From a virus (lineage: Duplodnaviria > Caudoviricetes): 38,931 nt of DNA. The notes under the pieces are model-generated. The model searched no databases. It had not been told where the DNA came from and saw only the letters and a list, made by a program, of their open reading frames with translations. How positions within the stretch are numbered: position 1 is the stretch's first letter; each line of letters opens with the position of its first letter. The stretch covers positions 1-38,931 of the IMG/VR virus record IMGVR_UViG_3300037422_000656. One strand, given 5' to 3'. Both the position numbers and the translations under genes were made by a program. This document shows positions 1-9,173 of this stretch, piece after piece.

Positions 1-146
1 GCGCGCTCCTGCTGCGCCTGCTGTTCCAGCAGGCGCGCCTGCGCCTTGGCCTGCTTGTTGGCCGCCGCGCCGCCGGCGATGGTCGAGGCCGCCGACAGCG
101 CCGTGCCGGCCAAGGCGATGGCCGTGCTGATGCCGAAATCCGCCAT
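1..146 (-). CDS. Internal virion/ejection protein (T7 gp14-like), 5' part only, runs off the window
   Basis: Read by hand, not in the ORF track. ATG at 146 with GGAG RBS. Translates MADFGISTAIALAGTALSAASTIAGGAAANKQAKAQARLLEQQAQQER: a Gly/Ala hydrophobic N-terminus then a Q/A-rich helix, typical of podoviral ejection proteins. Position after the tail tube genes fits. Confidence 0.7.
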   Translation of the reverse strand, partial: MADFGISTAIALAGTALSAASTIAGGAAANKQAKAQARLLEQQAQQER

Positions 147-401
147 GTCGGTCTCCGCGCGCGCCGACCCGTCGCGGCGCTAGAGCAACGCCGGTGTCGG
201 TACGCGTCTGCTGTTCAGTTGGTCGGCGTGGATGACTGTCCGTCGGCGCGTTCGCCCGCCCAGCGCCGCTCGCCCGTTTGATCTGGCTGGCGCGGGTGGC
301 GATCCGTCGGGCGCGCCGATGCGCTCCGGCGGCGCGGGCGTCCGTCTTGTCGCGATGACAGGTCGCGCGTCGCGCGACGTCGAGCGGCCTCGGACGTGGT
401 G

Positions 402-1211
402 CTATTGCGTCAGCGCCAGCACCAAGCCCTTGGCCGTGCGGCCGTCGAGGCCGTCGAACCAGCGCAGCAGCGCCGCCGCGTCGTCGTCGGACAGGCGTTC
501 CACGATGCGACGGGCACGGCTATCGAACAGCCCGACGCGCTGCGCCGCCGCCGTACCCCACGACCGCGCCAGCTCGGCGCCCTCCGGGCTGACGGTGAAG
601 CGCGCCAGCGCTTCGTCGGCGGCCGGCTTGGCGTAGCCTGGCTTTCCGGCCGCCAGTTCGGCGAACACGGCGGCGCGCGCCGTCGCGGGTAGCGCGTCGA
701 AGCCGGCGACCAACACCGCCGGATCGGCGATCAGGCGCAGCGCCGACTGCGCCGCGTCCTGCAGGCGCGCGATGTGCGCCACGCCGCCGCCGAGGCGGTC
801 CCAGGTTTCCAGCAGTGCGGCGCCGGCGGCGTCGGCCGCGACCGCGCGGCGCACCGCGTCGGGTGGCGCGGGCGATAGCGAGTCACTCGCCGCCCCGGCG
901 GCCCGCCGGTCGTCGCCGTCGTGGTTGCGATCGGAGTCGCCGTCGGCATCGGCAAGCGCCGGGGGATAGCCGGGCCCGCCGATGTCGCCGCGCAGGATGT
1001 TGCCCGCAGCTTCAGTGCTGCGACGGCCAGCGTTCGCGCCACGTGCATCGGCAACGGTCGCCAGCAGGTCTCGGTACTCGCGCTGCAGCGCCGGGTCGTG
1101 CCAATAGCGCGCCGACTCGCGGCCGGCGATGATGGCCTCGATGGCGGCGATGCGATCGCCGTCGGCGGCGGGCGCGGTGGCGGCGCTCGGCGCGGTGCGA
1201 ACCTCGGTCAT
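402..1211 (-). CDS. Hypothetical protein, scaffold-related (N-terminal copy of the scaffold C-terminal motif)
   Basis: Start trimmed to MTEVRT (ATG 1211), immediately after the upstream gene's stop at 1213. RIAAIEAIIAGRESARYWHDPALQREYRDLL matches the C-terminus of 8241..9173. Confidence 0.7.
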   Translation of the reverse strand: MTEVRTAPSAATAPAADGDRIAAIEAIIAGRESARYWHDPALQREYRDLLATVADARGANAGRRSTEAAGNILRGDIGGPGYPPALADADGDSDRNHDGDDRRAAGAASDSLSPAPPDAVRRAVAADAAGAALLETWDRLGGGVAHIARLQDAAQSALRLIADPAVLVAGFDALPATARAAVFAELAAGKPGYAKPAADEALARFTVSPEGAELARSWGTAAAQRVGLFDSRARRIVERLSDDDAAALLRWFDGLDGRTAKGLVLALTQ

Positions 1212-1212
1212 G

Positions 1213-1695
1213 CTAGGCCACCTTCTGGGGATAGAGATGGCGCAGGTCGCGTTCGGCCAGCGCGACGGTGGCGGCCGGCAGCGACACGGCCTGGCCGTCG
1301 CACTTGCGCTGCACGACATAACCGGTGCCGGCCCAGACGATGCGGTAGCGCTCGTCCTCCATCAGCCGGTCATAGCGCGGCGGGAACGCAGTCAGGCGCG
1401 GCTTGGCCAGCACGACCTTGGCGGCGTCGGCGGCGCCGACCACGGCCTCGGCCATCCAGTCGCGGTCGAAGGCCAGCAGGGTCAGGTGGTCGAGCTCGCG
1501 CAGCCGCGCCGGACTCGCCTGAACCCGGCGCCAGATCGCCGGCTCCTTCAGGTCGTCAGCCGCCAGTCCCCGCGGCAGCCGCACGAAGATCGAGCGGAAG
1601 GCGAATCCTTCGGCGTTAAGGATCACGTTGGCGGGATCGATCGCCGGCTGTCCGGCGCTTTCGATCAGCTCAGGTGTGATGGCGGGCGGTGTCAT
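1213..1695 (-). CDS. Hypothetical protein
   Basis: Start MTPPAI (ATG 1695) with GAGGAG RBS. Globular alpha/beta-looking sequence, packed tightly in the operon. Confidence 0.7.
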   Translation of the reverse strand: MTPPAITPELIESAGQPAIDPANVILNAEGFAFRSIFVRLPRGLAADDLKEPAIWRRVQASPARLRELDHLTLLAFDRDWMAEAVVGAADAAKVVLAKPRLTAFPPRYDRLMEDERYRIVWAGTGYVVQRKCDGQAVSLPAATVALAERDLRHLYPQKVA

Positions 1696-1745
1696 CGATT
1701 CTGCTCCTCGCGTTCTGTCAGCTCTTTCCACCAATGAGAACCCAG

Positions 1746-2012
1746 TCACACCTCGCCGAGCCGGCGCAGCGCGTCACGGATCGCCGAGAGCTTGGCCGAC
1801 TGGTTGTCGATCTCGGCATTGATGCTGTCGCGCAAGGCGATGCGGGCGCGCATTTCGGCATCCTCGGCGCGCAACGCCGCCAGGCGGGCCTCAATCTCGC
1901 GGAGCTCATTGCCCAGCGCCGCCTTGTCCTGCACCGCCCGGGCGATCGCGATCGCCGCCTCGTGTTGCCGGCCCCATGCCTGGACGATCTCGCAGGCCTC
2001 CGTCAGATCCAT
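1746..2012 (-). CDS. Short coiled-coil protein, paralog of 16734..17240
   Basis: AAGGAG RBS before MDLTEACEIVQAWGRQHEAA, which nearly matches MDLSEACQLVQAWGRQHEAA of 16734..17240. Confidence 0.7.
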   Translation of the reverse strand: MDLTEACEIVQAWGRQHEAAIAIARAVQDKAALGNELREIEARLAALRAEDAEMRARIALRDSINAEIDNQSAKLSAIRDALRRLGEV

Positions 2013-2037
2013 CGTCATCTCCTTGTGTCCGTCCATG

Positions 2038-2685
2038 TCACGCGATCGCATCGCTTGCGGCCTGCCCGGTCGACGCTGGCGATGCGGCAACAGACGGAGC
2101 CGGCTCGTCCAGGAGCGCGGCGAGTTCGCCGGCCGTGGCGCGCCGCTCGATCGCGGACCAATCGTCGGCGGCGCTGTAGCCGAACGGCCGCCTCAGCGCG
2201 ATGTGGCCAAACCAGCCCACGCGCGCCGCGACACCGCCAAGCAGCACCATCAGGCGATCACTGAAGCGCGCCTCGACGGCGTGCGGAATCAGCGCCAGGG
2301 GTGCCGGCCGCTCCATCGCCGTGGCGTTCAGGCGGATTAGGTCGGCCGCGCGCTTGGCTTCATCGATGGCCGCGACCAACTCGCGGCAGAGTACCTCGGC
2401 CTTTGCCACCGCCTCCAGCCGCCGACCTTCGGCCGAGCGGATCTCGCGTTGAGCCTCGGCCCGCTGGGCATCGCGCGCAGCCCGCGCGGCGACGCGGCGG
2501 CGATGCAAGGCCACGACCTCGGCGTCGCCCAGGCCCGCTAGCTCAACCTCCGCCGCCTGGATGGGCCGGTTGTCGAATTTGCGGCCGTCGAGCGCCGCGT
2601 TGCCGCGCTCGGCGTATAACGTCTTCAGCCGGCTCTGCACCGAGTCTTTGCAGACGGCTAACACCTGTGTCTCAAGTTCAGGCAT
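2038..2685 (-). CDS. Hypothetical helical/coiled-coil protein
   Basis: AAGGAG RBS, 215-aa ORF in operon orientation, A/E/R-rich helical middle. Confidence 0.7.
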   Translation of the reverse strand: MPELETQVLAVCKDSVQSRLKTLYAERGNAALDGRKFDNRPIQAAEVELAGLGDAEVVALHRRRVAARAARDAQRAEAQREIRSAEGRRLEAVAKAEVLCRELVAAIDEAKRAADLIRLNATAMERPAPLALIPHAVEARFSDRLMVLLGGVAARVGWFGHIALRRPFGYSAADDWSAIERRATAGELAALLDEPAPSVAASPASTGQAASDAIA

Positions 2686-2700
2686 GGAATCTCCTTGTGG

Positions 2701-3246
2701 TCAGCGTCGTCGTTCAGAATCGGAGTCGGTGGCGTGGCGGCGCCACGCATCCTTTGCGGTTGGCGCGGACGCCGCGTCCGCTCGATTCCCTGCCGCGTCG
2801 CGGCCAGCGCCCACGCACCGCCTCGATGGCCGCCAGACCCAGATGTCGCTGCCGTCCTTGTCGGCGCCAAACCCGAGGCGACGCGCCCAAGCCTCGGCCT
2901 GCGGCCATCGCCGGTCGACGACCAGCGTGACAGCCGGAACGCCGCTTCGCGCCAGATGGCTCAGCACCATGCGCGCCGCCTTGTGGAGCGCGACCGGGAA
3001 ACGGCGCGCTTCGGCTGACGCCTCGAGGAACACCCGCACGCCCGACGACAGGTAGACGGCGCCGCCAATGCCGAGGATCCGCCCGTCGGGCCCCTGTCCG
3101 ACCCAGGCCCGGCAGCGCGCCGGTGGCGTGCGGCCGCAATAAGTGCGGAAATCGGCCATCGTCGCCGGCCGGATTGTCACGCGACGGGCCGCTGGGCCGT
3201 CGGCGCATGGCGGCGTATCGGAAGCGTACGGCGGGACGCGGGCCAT
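2701..3246 (-). CDS. GNAT-like phage protein (T7 gp13 / internal virion protein A-like)
   Basis: Motifs IRPATMAD, DGRILGIGG and WARRLGF are GNAT-like. Lies directly after tail tubular protein B, the usual position for this gene. Confidence 0.7.
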   Translation of the reverse strand: MARVPPYASDTPPCADGPAARRVTIRPATMADFRTYCGRTPPARCRAWVGQGPDGRILGIGGAVYLSSGVRVFLEASAEARRFPVALHKAARMVLSHLARSGVPAVTLVVDRRWPQAEAWARRLGFGADKDGSDIWVWRPSRRCVGAGRDAAGNRADAASAPTAKDAWRRHATDSDSERRR

Positions 3247-3279
3247 GGCTTGCCGCCGGAGGTCGGTCGCTCAACAGCC

Positions 3280-5985
3280 TCAGCGATGGTCCGACGTCGA
3301 AATGTCGGCGACGACCGCCCGTACCGTGCAGGGCAGCGGTGCCTGTGCTGCCAGACAGAGCCGCGCGTCGTTGTCCCAGTTGCCGGGAAACGCGCTCATG
3401 TCTTCGTCGGCCTGATCGATGACGACGTCATGATCGACGACGGCCCCGTCGCGTACATGCTTCAGCCGGTCCATGACCACGAAGTCGCCGCCGTAGCGGA
3501 GTCCGCGCGGATGCGTCTTGTAGAGCGACAGGCCGACATGATTGATCTTCTTCTTCTGCCCCAGCGCGGTGCCCACGCTGGCGGCATAAGCCATCTTGGC
3601 GCTCTTGTAGCGTGCCTCGTAGGGCAGCCCGGCCACGACGAAGGACGCCGCCGCGGGAATTGTGATCTGCCCGCCAGACACCGTGAAAAGACGCGGCGCA
3701 TCGGTGGCATCGTCCCATGGGCAGACTCCGTCGGCCCAGACCACGACCTGCAAGCCTTCGAGGTGCGACAGCCCGCCGATCGTATCCGTGGCGGCGCCGC
3801 TGTAGACGACGTGGCTGTCGCTCAGCCGCGTGTCCGTCGCGCCTTGCGACTGCGCCCAGCTCGCCAGCCGCTCGACGTAGCGCACGGTCTGGCCGCCAAC
3901 CGTGCGGCGCACGACGTAATAGACCCTGTTCTCCGGTTGACCGGGCAACACGCAGACATCCTCGATGAACCCGGCCGCGCCGCTGGTCGCGATTTCGACG
4001 AAGGGTGAAACGTCTTCGACCGGATTGAAGATCATCAACGCCGCGGTGCCGTCATCACGTACGAAATGCACTCGTGTCTCAGGTTGCCGCTGCGCCGCCA
4101 GCGCCGCGATGCCGGGCTCGCCGACTTCCGGTACCAGGATGTCGGCCTCGCGCGCCTGGTAGTCGGCGGCGTTGGCATCCAGCAGGATCTGGAACAGGCG
4201 CACGCCGCCGGCCTGGACGAAGAAGGCGCGCTGGTCGACCTTGACCGCCGGCAGCCGATCGCTGCCGTTGGTGCCGGCGTCCTTGATACTGAACTGCGTC
4301 GGCGTCAGCGGCTCGTCGAAACTCGAGGAACGGATCGACAGTTCGGCGCCGTCGGTGCCGATCAGTAGGCGCTGCAGGGGCAGCGCCCAGTTGATGTTGT
4401 CGACCGGGCCGCTGCCGATCGTCCGGTTCAACGGGCCGGCGTCGCCTTCGAACTCTTCGTCGAAGCTGTCGTAGGCGTCCGAGACGCTGCCCCAGATGGC
4501 GTTCTTGCCGAACCACCACAGGCGGCCCTCGTAGAACGCCACCGCCGTCGGCCAGCCACGACTATCGGACCACATGCCCTCGCGCCAGTCGTCGGTGAAG
4601 GACGTCGTCGGCATGGGCCGCAGGATCTCAGCCGTCAGCTGGGTCGGCGAGGTATACTGCAGTCCGCGGGCGATCCCGAAGCGACCGCCGCCAGCGTAGC
4701 TCAGCGTGACGGTCGCCACGCCCGACGCATAGCCGCCGGGCCGGAACCCGAGTCGCACCCACATCGCAGTGTTCGCCACCGTCAGGTCGACGGTCGTTGT
4801 TGTGTTGACCGTGTACTGAGAAAAGCCGTTGAAGCCGCTGTCCTCGCCGTCGAAGCTGCGCTCCAAGGTGATGGTTCCCGACCACGAGCCGGCGATGGCG
4901 ACGTTGACCGTGCGTTCCGACGCGGTGTTGCCGAACACGCGGATCACCGCCGTGTAGGTGTCCTCGCGCGCCAAGCCGACTGCGCTGACCTGCGTGTTGG
5001 CGAAGAGGCGGAATAGTGCGCCGGCATGGCTTGGCTTGAAGAACGGCCCGTCGGTCGTCAGCGTCGTCAGGCCGAAGGTCAGCCCCGTCGACGCCATGCG
5101 CACCGCGGCCGTTCGCGCCGGCGTGAACGGCCCGTCGGCCGCCTCGTACAGACACACCGACCACGAATCGTTGTCGCGCCGCTCGATGCGCCGCTGCTGA
5201 TGGCCGGCGCAGGCCACGAACAGCACGTCGGCCGATTGATCCCAGCGCAGCTTCGACAGGTCGGCCGCCACCCACGGCGTCGGCAATTCCAGCGTCCCGG
5301 CTGCCTCCACCTGCACGCTGTCGACATAGCGGTAGGTGTCGTCGCTGGTCTCCAGTTCGACGTGAAAGTTACCGGTCGGCGTGAAGGCGAGCGAGTGCGT
5401 GCCGGTGCGAAGGGTCGTGGTCCGGACGTAGCTGTCGTCGCCGCTGGCCGTGCCGACCCGGCAGGTGACCGGGCCGCGCGCGACCACCACCCGCAAAGCA
5501 TGCGGGATGTTCTGATTGGCGCCGATCACTGTCACGGTCTGGCCGACGACGGCCTTGCCGCCCCGGTTCGGGCAATTCAGCTCGAGGCTGCCGTTGACGT
5601 TGAACGTGGCCGTCGCGCCGCCGCTGAGCGTCGTGCTCCAACCCCCGCCGCCGCTCATGTCGCCATTGGTCACCGACGTGGTGACGGGCGGCCGCGTCAC
5701 GTAGGCGTCGTTCTTGAGCACGCGCATCGTGGTGTCCGTGAACACCAGCATCTGCGCGTCGGCGGTCGCCGCCACGAACGGCGCGCAGCGGGCGATGGCA
5801 TTGTTCTTCGTGGCGCCGATGTATCCCAGGCCCGGCCGCAGGCTCATCGGCCCCAGGACCTGCGGCAGCCAGTTCACGCATTCCTCGGCCGCCAGCCGCA
5901 ATCGCTCGAGATCGACCCGACCCAGCGCCAGCGGGCTGACAATGCCGCGGTTAAAGGCGGCGATGGCCGCATTGGTCTTACCCAT
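3280..5985 (-). CDS. Tail tubular protein B (T7 gp12-like nozzle)
   Basis: 901 aa. N-terminus AFNRGIVSP..GRVDL..RPG, plus QSADVLFV, GWPTAVAFYEGRLWW, LSHLEG..V.VWADG and VAGLPY, all typical of this family. Confidence 0.9.
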   Translation of the reverse strand: MGKTNAAIAAFNRGIVSPLALGRVDLERLRLAAEECVNWLPQVLGPMSLRPGLGYIGATKNNAIARCAPFVAATADAQMLVFTDTTMRVLKNDAYVTRPPVTTSVTNGDMSGGGGWSTTLSGGATATFNVNGSLELNCPNRGGKAVVGQTVTVIGANQNIPHALRVVVARGPVTCRVGTASGDDSYVRTTTLRTGTHSLAFTPTGNFHVELETSDDTYRYVDSVQVEAAGTLELPTPWVAADLSKLRWDQSADVLFVACAGHQQRRIERRDNDSWSVCLYEAADGPFTPARTAAVRMASTGLTFGLTTLTTDGPFFKPSHAGALFRLFANTQVSAVGLAREDTYTAVIRVFGNTASERTVNVAIAGSWSGTITLERSFDGEDSGFNGFSQYTVNTTTTVDLTVANTAMWVRLGFRPGGYASGVATVTLSYAGGGRFGIARGLQYTSPTQLTAEILRPMPTTSFTDDWREGMWSDSRGWPTAVAFYEGRLWWFGKNAIWGSVSDAYDSFDEEFEGDAGPLNRTIGSGPVDNINWALPLQRLLIGTDGAELSIRSSSFDEPLTPTQFSIKDAGTNGSDRLPAVKVDQRAFFVQAGGVRLFQILLDANAADYQAREADILVPEVGEPGIAALAAQRQPETRVHFVRDDGTAALMIFNPVEDVSPFVEIATSGAAGFIEDVCVLPGQPENRVYYVVRRTVGGQTVRYVERLASWAQSQGATDTRLSDSHVVYSGAATDTIGGLSHLEGLQVVVWADGVCPWDDATDAPRLFTVSGGQITIPAAASFVVAGLPYEARYKSAKMAYAASVGTALGQKKKINHVGLSLYKTHPRGLRYGGDFVVMDRLKHVRDGAVVDHDVVIDQADEDMSAFPGNWDNDARLCLAAQAPLPCTVRAVVADISTSDHR

Positions 5986-5987
5986 GG

Positions 5988-6608
5988 CTACGGCCGGCTC
6001 CGTTCATGGCGTGCCGCGCCGCCCCAGCGCGCCCGCACCCAGCCACCGCGCGGCGGAAACTGCGGCGGCTGGCCGACGGCGTCCTTGACCAGCGCCTCGG
6101 CGCGGCGGCGCTGGCGCAGGCGGTCGAGGTCGGCGAACTGGGCGTTGCGGTGATGGGCCGCCATTTCCGCTGCCAGGTGGGCCTGGACATAGAGCGAGAA
6201 CGATGGCGTCCAACGCGTGGGATCCATGCCCCATGCACCGTCTGATGAGACGTAGCGCACATAGAGCGGATCGACGTTGGCCTTCCAGTACTCGGCCTCG
6301 TCGGCATAGTCCGTGAGCGGAGTGCCGAAGGTCTCGTCAGCACTCAGCGCCGCCGTGCGCAGCCAGTCGTCGGGTTTCTCGAACGCATACTGGAAGCCGA
6401 ACGCCAACGCTACATCGGGATCGCTGCCGAGTTGCACGCTGCGTAGGGCGAAGTTCCAGCTGCCCGCCTCAAGACAGGCACGTACGTGCTCCTCCCATAG
6501 GTCGTCGAGAATGCGCCGCGGCTCGCGACTCTCCGACAGCGACACCAGGCGCGTGTCGCCGAGCAAGCGCAGAGTGCCGTTGTAGACGGCAAGCTTGGTA
6601 GTGCCCAT
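5988..6608 (-). CDS. Tail tubular protein A (T7 gp11-like adaptor)
   Basis: YNGTLRLLG..WNFA..FQYAFEKPDDWLR motifs. Located between capsid and tubular B. Start taken at MGTTKL. Confidence 0.85.
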   Translation of the reverse strand: MGTTKLAVYNGTLRLLGDTRLVSLSESREPRRILDDLWEEHVRACLEAGSWNFALRSVQLGSDPDVALAFGFQYAFEKPDDWLRTAALSADETFGTPLTDYADEAEYWKANVDPLYVRYVSSDGAWGMDPTRWTPSFSLYVQAHLAAEMAAHHRNAQFADLDRLRQRRRAEALVKDAVGQPPQFPPRGGWVRARWGGAARHERSRP

Positions 6609-6668
6609 GGCCAGGCCCGTTTCAGTGAACGTTGGTTTGGCGAAGAATTCCGGCCGCACGGAGCGGGA

Positions 6669-6798
6669 AGCTCCTCACCCTTCGAGACGCATCGCTACGC
6701 GATGCTCCTCAGGGTGAGGAGCTCGTGAGCCCAAGCGTGGGGAGCCGGTGAGCCTCATCCTGAGGAGGCCGCGCAGCGGCCGTCTCGAAGGATGAGGC
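6669..6798. repeat. Paired REP-like palindromes (CCTCAYCC..GGRTGAGG type)
   Basis: Two hairpins in opposite orientation: AGCTCCTCACCCT..AGGGTGAGGAGCT (6669-6723) and GCCTCATCC-TGAGGAG..CGTCTCGAA-GGATGAGGC (6752-6798). Resembles a common alphaproteobacterial intergenic repeat. Confidence 0.8.
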
Positions 6799-6808
6799 AT
6801 GAGCAATG

Positions 6809-7087
6809 CTAGTCTGTGTTGGTCGCGCTGCCGATGGTCGTGCCGTCGGCCAGGTTGACTACGGTGCCCGCCACGGTGACGGTATGGCCGCTCCAGATCT
6901 TGGTGCCGCTGGCGTAGACGAAGATGAGATCGCCATCGCGCATGCCGCGGTCGTAGCCGTCGGTGAAATAGCCCGAGGCGTCGACGGCCGCGGCCGCGTC
7001 GGCCGAGGCGTAGACCCAGAGCTTGGCGGAGGCGCCGACGCCGAGGTCGAGCACCATGCGCGGCGGGTTGGTCGTGCTGTAAGCCAT
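6809..7087 (-). CDS. Small capsid-associated/decoration protein
   Basis: Start MAYSTTNPP (ATG 7087) after an AAGGAG RBS overlapping the capsid stop. 92 aa, beta-rich (GYFTDG..GMRDGDLIFV). Confidence 0.75.
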   Translation of the reverse strand: MAYSTTNPPRMVLDLGVGASAKLWVYASADAAAAVDASGYFTDGYDRGMRDGDLIFVYASGTKIWSGHTVTVAGTVVNLADGTTIGSATNTD

Positions 7088-7098
7088 GTCGGTTCTCC

Positions 7099-7941
7099 TT
7101 ACTGGGCCGCGAAGGCGCTGCCGTCGTGGTTGACCACCACCACGCCGCTGTTCTGCAGCAACTTGGCGCCCATGAAGATGGAGCTGCGTGCCCAGCTCTT
7201 GTCGTGACGCCCGTCGTAGTCGACCAGCGACTTCATGTTGGTGGTGTCGGCGGCGTGGCCGATCGCCTTGACGTTCCAGAACAGGCATTTCTCGGCTGAT
7301 GTGCCCAGCCCCGTCAGCCCGGTGTGCACGACGAAGTCGATGCCGTACCAGCGGAACTTCTCCATCGTCTGGTCGTTGGTCGCCTTCTCGAACGGCTCGG
7401 TGGCGCGATAGTCGGCGGAGCCGAACTCCGGGGTCTGCATCAGGTAGGCGTGGAACGCCGGCGTGATGGCGGCGCACAGCCGGCCGCCGCCGGCATTGTT
7501 GTTGCCCAGGATGGTGCGGGCATGGGCGACCAGGCCGAGCGAGCCGGGCTGGGCCGTACCGGTGTCGTTGCTGCCGGTCTCCAGCTCGGTGATGATCTGC
7601 TGGTCGATCTTGCGATTGATCACCGCCATGGTGGTTTCCTGCATGATCTGCCGCTGATTGCCCTGGCTGGCGAAGATGTTGACCGACGTCTTCTCGACGA
7701 CGTCGTGCCACTCGCTCAAGGTGCAGGTCAGCTGGTTCAGATCGTCGGCCCGCCCCGGGATGTTGCCGTTGACGCCGCGCGTGACGGCGTTGGCGCCGCC
7801 CGAGCCGGCGACGAGGAACACCGCGATGTTCCCCTTGATCTCGGCCTTGCAGCTGACCATGTCGCGCAGCGCCGACTGGCGCCGCTCGAAGGACTGGATG
7901 TGCTCTTGCAGGTACTGGGTTTGGAATGCCGTGTCGGCCAT
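7099..7941 (-). CDS. Major capsid protein
   Basis: MADTAFQTQYLQEHIQSFERRQSALR start with GGAG RBS. AVINRKIDQQII and C-terminal GAKLLQNSGVV. Follows the scaffold gene. Confidence 0.85.
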   Translation of the reverse strand: MADTAFQTQYLQEHIQSFERRQSALRDMVSCKAEIKGNIAVFLVAGSGGANAVTRGVNGNIPGRADDLNQLTCTLSEWHDVVEKTSVNIFASQGNQRQIMQETTMAVINRKIDQQIITELETGSNDTGTAQPGSLGLVAHARTILGNNNAGGGRLCAAITPAFHAYLMQTPEFGSADYRATEPFEKATNDQTMEKFRWYGIDFVVHTGLTGLGTSAEKCLFWNVKAIGHAADTTNMKSLVDYDGRHDKSWARSSIFMGAKLLQNSGVVVVNHDGSAFAAQ

Positions 7942-8240
7942 CTCATTCTCCATGAAGAGGCGCCGACGACCGTCGGGAGCCGCGCGGCGCGCGCCGGGAG
8001 CCCGCCCTGTACGGGTCGGGGGCGGCGCACGTCCGCTGCGGGGCGTCGTTCAGTCGGCAGGTGGGTGCCGTCAGCGCCGGGGTCCGTCGCCGCCCGTCGG
8101 GGCGAAGACCGAGGAGCCGGACATCAGGCGAGAGTCATGACCGGCGTCGCGCCGGCACGAATGTCATGGCGCGTCGGGACCACGTCTGCCGACGCATTTC
8201 CGCCGGCACGCCGCGCGGTGGAAATCGCCGCTGGAGCGGC

Positions 8241-9173
8241 TCAGGTTCGGCGGCGTCCCTGTCGGGTGTTCGCTTCGAGCAAGTCGCGATACTCCTGCTG
8301 CACCGCCGGATCGCCCCAGTATCGCGTATTGGCATCGGGCGCCGCCATGATCGCCTCGATCTGGGCACGACGGCCGGCGATCTGTTGATCTCGGCCCTGC
8401 GCCGCGCTCGGCGTCGGGCGCGCTGCCGGATCGATGTGCAGCGCCAAAGACAGGAGAGCCTGCGTCATCGCGGCGTCATCGCCAACGATACGTCCGTCGG
8501 GCATGCGCGCCAGCAGCAGGCGATCGAACAGATCGAGTCCGAAGGCGGCGAAGATGGGCCGCAGCGTGGAACCGATCACGTTGACGTTGCGCCCGTACGC
8601 CGTGCCCCAGACCCCGCGCAACGCGGTGGCGCTGGCGTCGCGGGCATCGGCATCGGCATTGATTCGCTCGATGTCCTGGCGCTCCTTGTGGCCGAAGTAC
8701 CAGCGCAGCATCGCGTCGACGTGCGACTGCGGAATGTTGGCCGCATGCGCCGCCTGAAAGAAGTCCTCGGCAACCGGCGTGTCGGCCTCACCCAGCACCA
8801 TGGCCTCGGGCAGCGACAGCGCATCTCCATACGCCTGCCAGCGCGCTGGTATGCCCCGCGCCTGGCGCCAGGCGGCGACAACCTCCGGTGCGGCATCCGG
8901 ACCGGGCGGCGCAGTTCTCGGCCCCTTGCGCGACAGCTCGGCACGCAAGACTTTCAGCGCCCGCGCCACCGCTCGCGGCGAGTCGTAGCGGCCCAGCAAC
9001 GCCTCGACGTCTGCGTCTCCGGCGGCGGCCAACGCCCGCCAGTCGGCGGGAAAGTCGGCGACCGCGGGTAGCGTATCCTGGCGCGCCTCGCCCGTCGCCG
9101 GCGCCACGGGCGCATCACTGGCGGCGCTGGCCGCGGTCTCGCCGGAGTCGGCCGTTTGATCGGGGTCACTCAT
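8241..9173 (-). CDS. Capsid assembly scaffolding protein
   Basis: Low-complexity A/P N-terminus, DWR..LLGRYDSP, WRQARGIP, LRGVWG.AY and a C-terminal YW..PAVQQEYRDL helix. Lies between portal and capsid. Confidence 0.75.
   Translation of the reverse strand: MSDPDQTADSGETAASAASDAPVAPATGEARQDTLPAVADFPADWRALAAAGDADVEALLGRYDSPRAVARALKVLRAELSRKGPRTAPPGPDAAPEVVAAWRQARGIPARWQAYGDALSLPEAMVLGEADTPVAEDFFQAAHAANIPQSHVDAMLRWYFGHKERQDIERINADADARDASATALRGVWGTAYGRNVNVIGSTLRPIFAAFGLDLFDRLLLARMPDGRIVGDDAAMTQALLSLALHIDPAARPTPSAAQGRDQQIAGRRAQIEAIMAAPDANTRYWGDPAVQQEYRDLLEANTRQGRRRT

Noticed and set aside
6809-7711. 300-aa ORF overlapping the capsid, and a possible T7 10B-like frameshift extension
   Set aside because: The 5' part is an off-frame shadow. 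The small gene has its own AAGGAG RBS and ATG at 7087, and I see no slippery site near the capsid stop.
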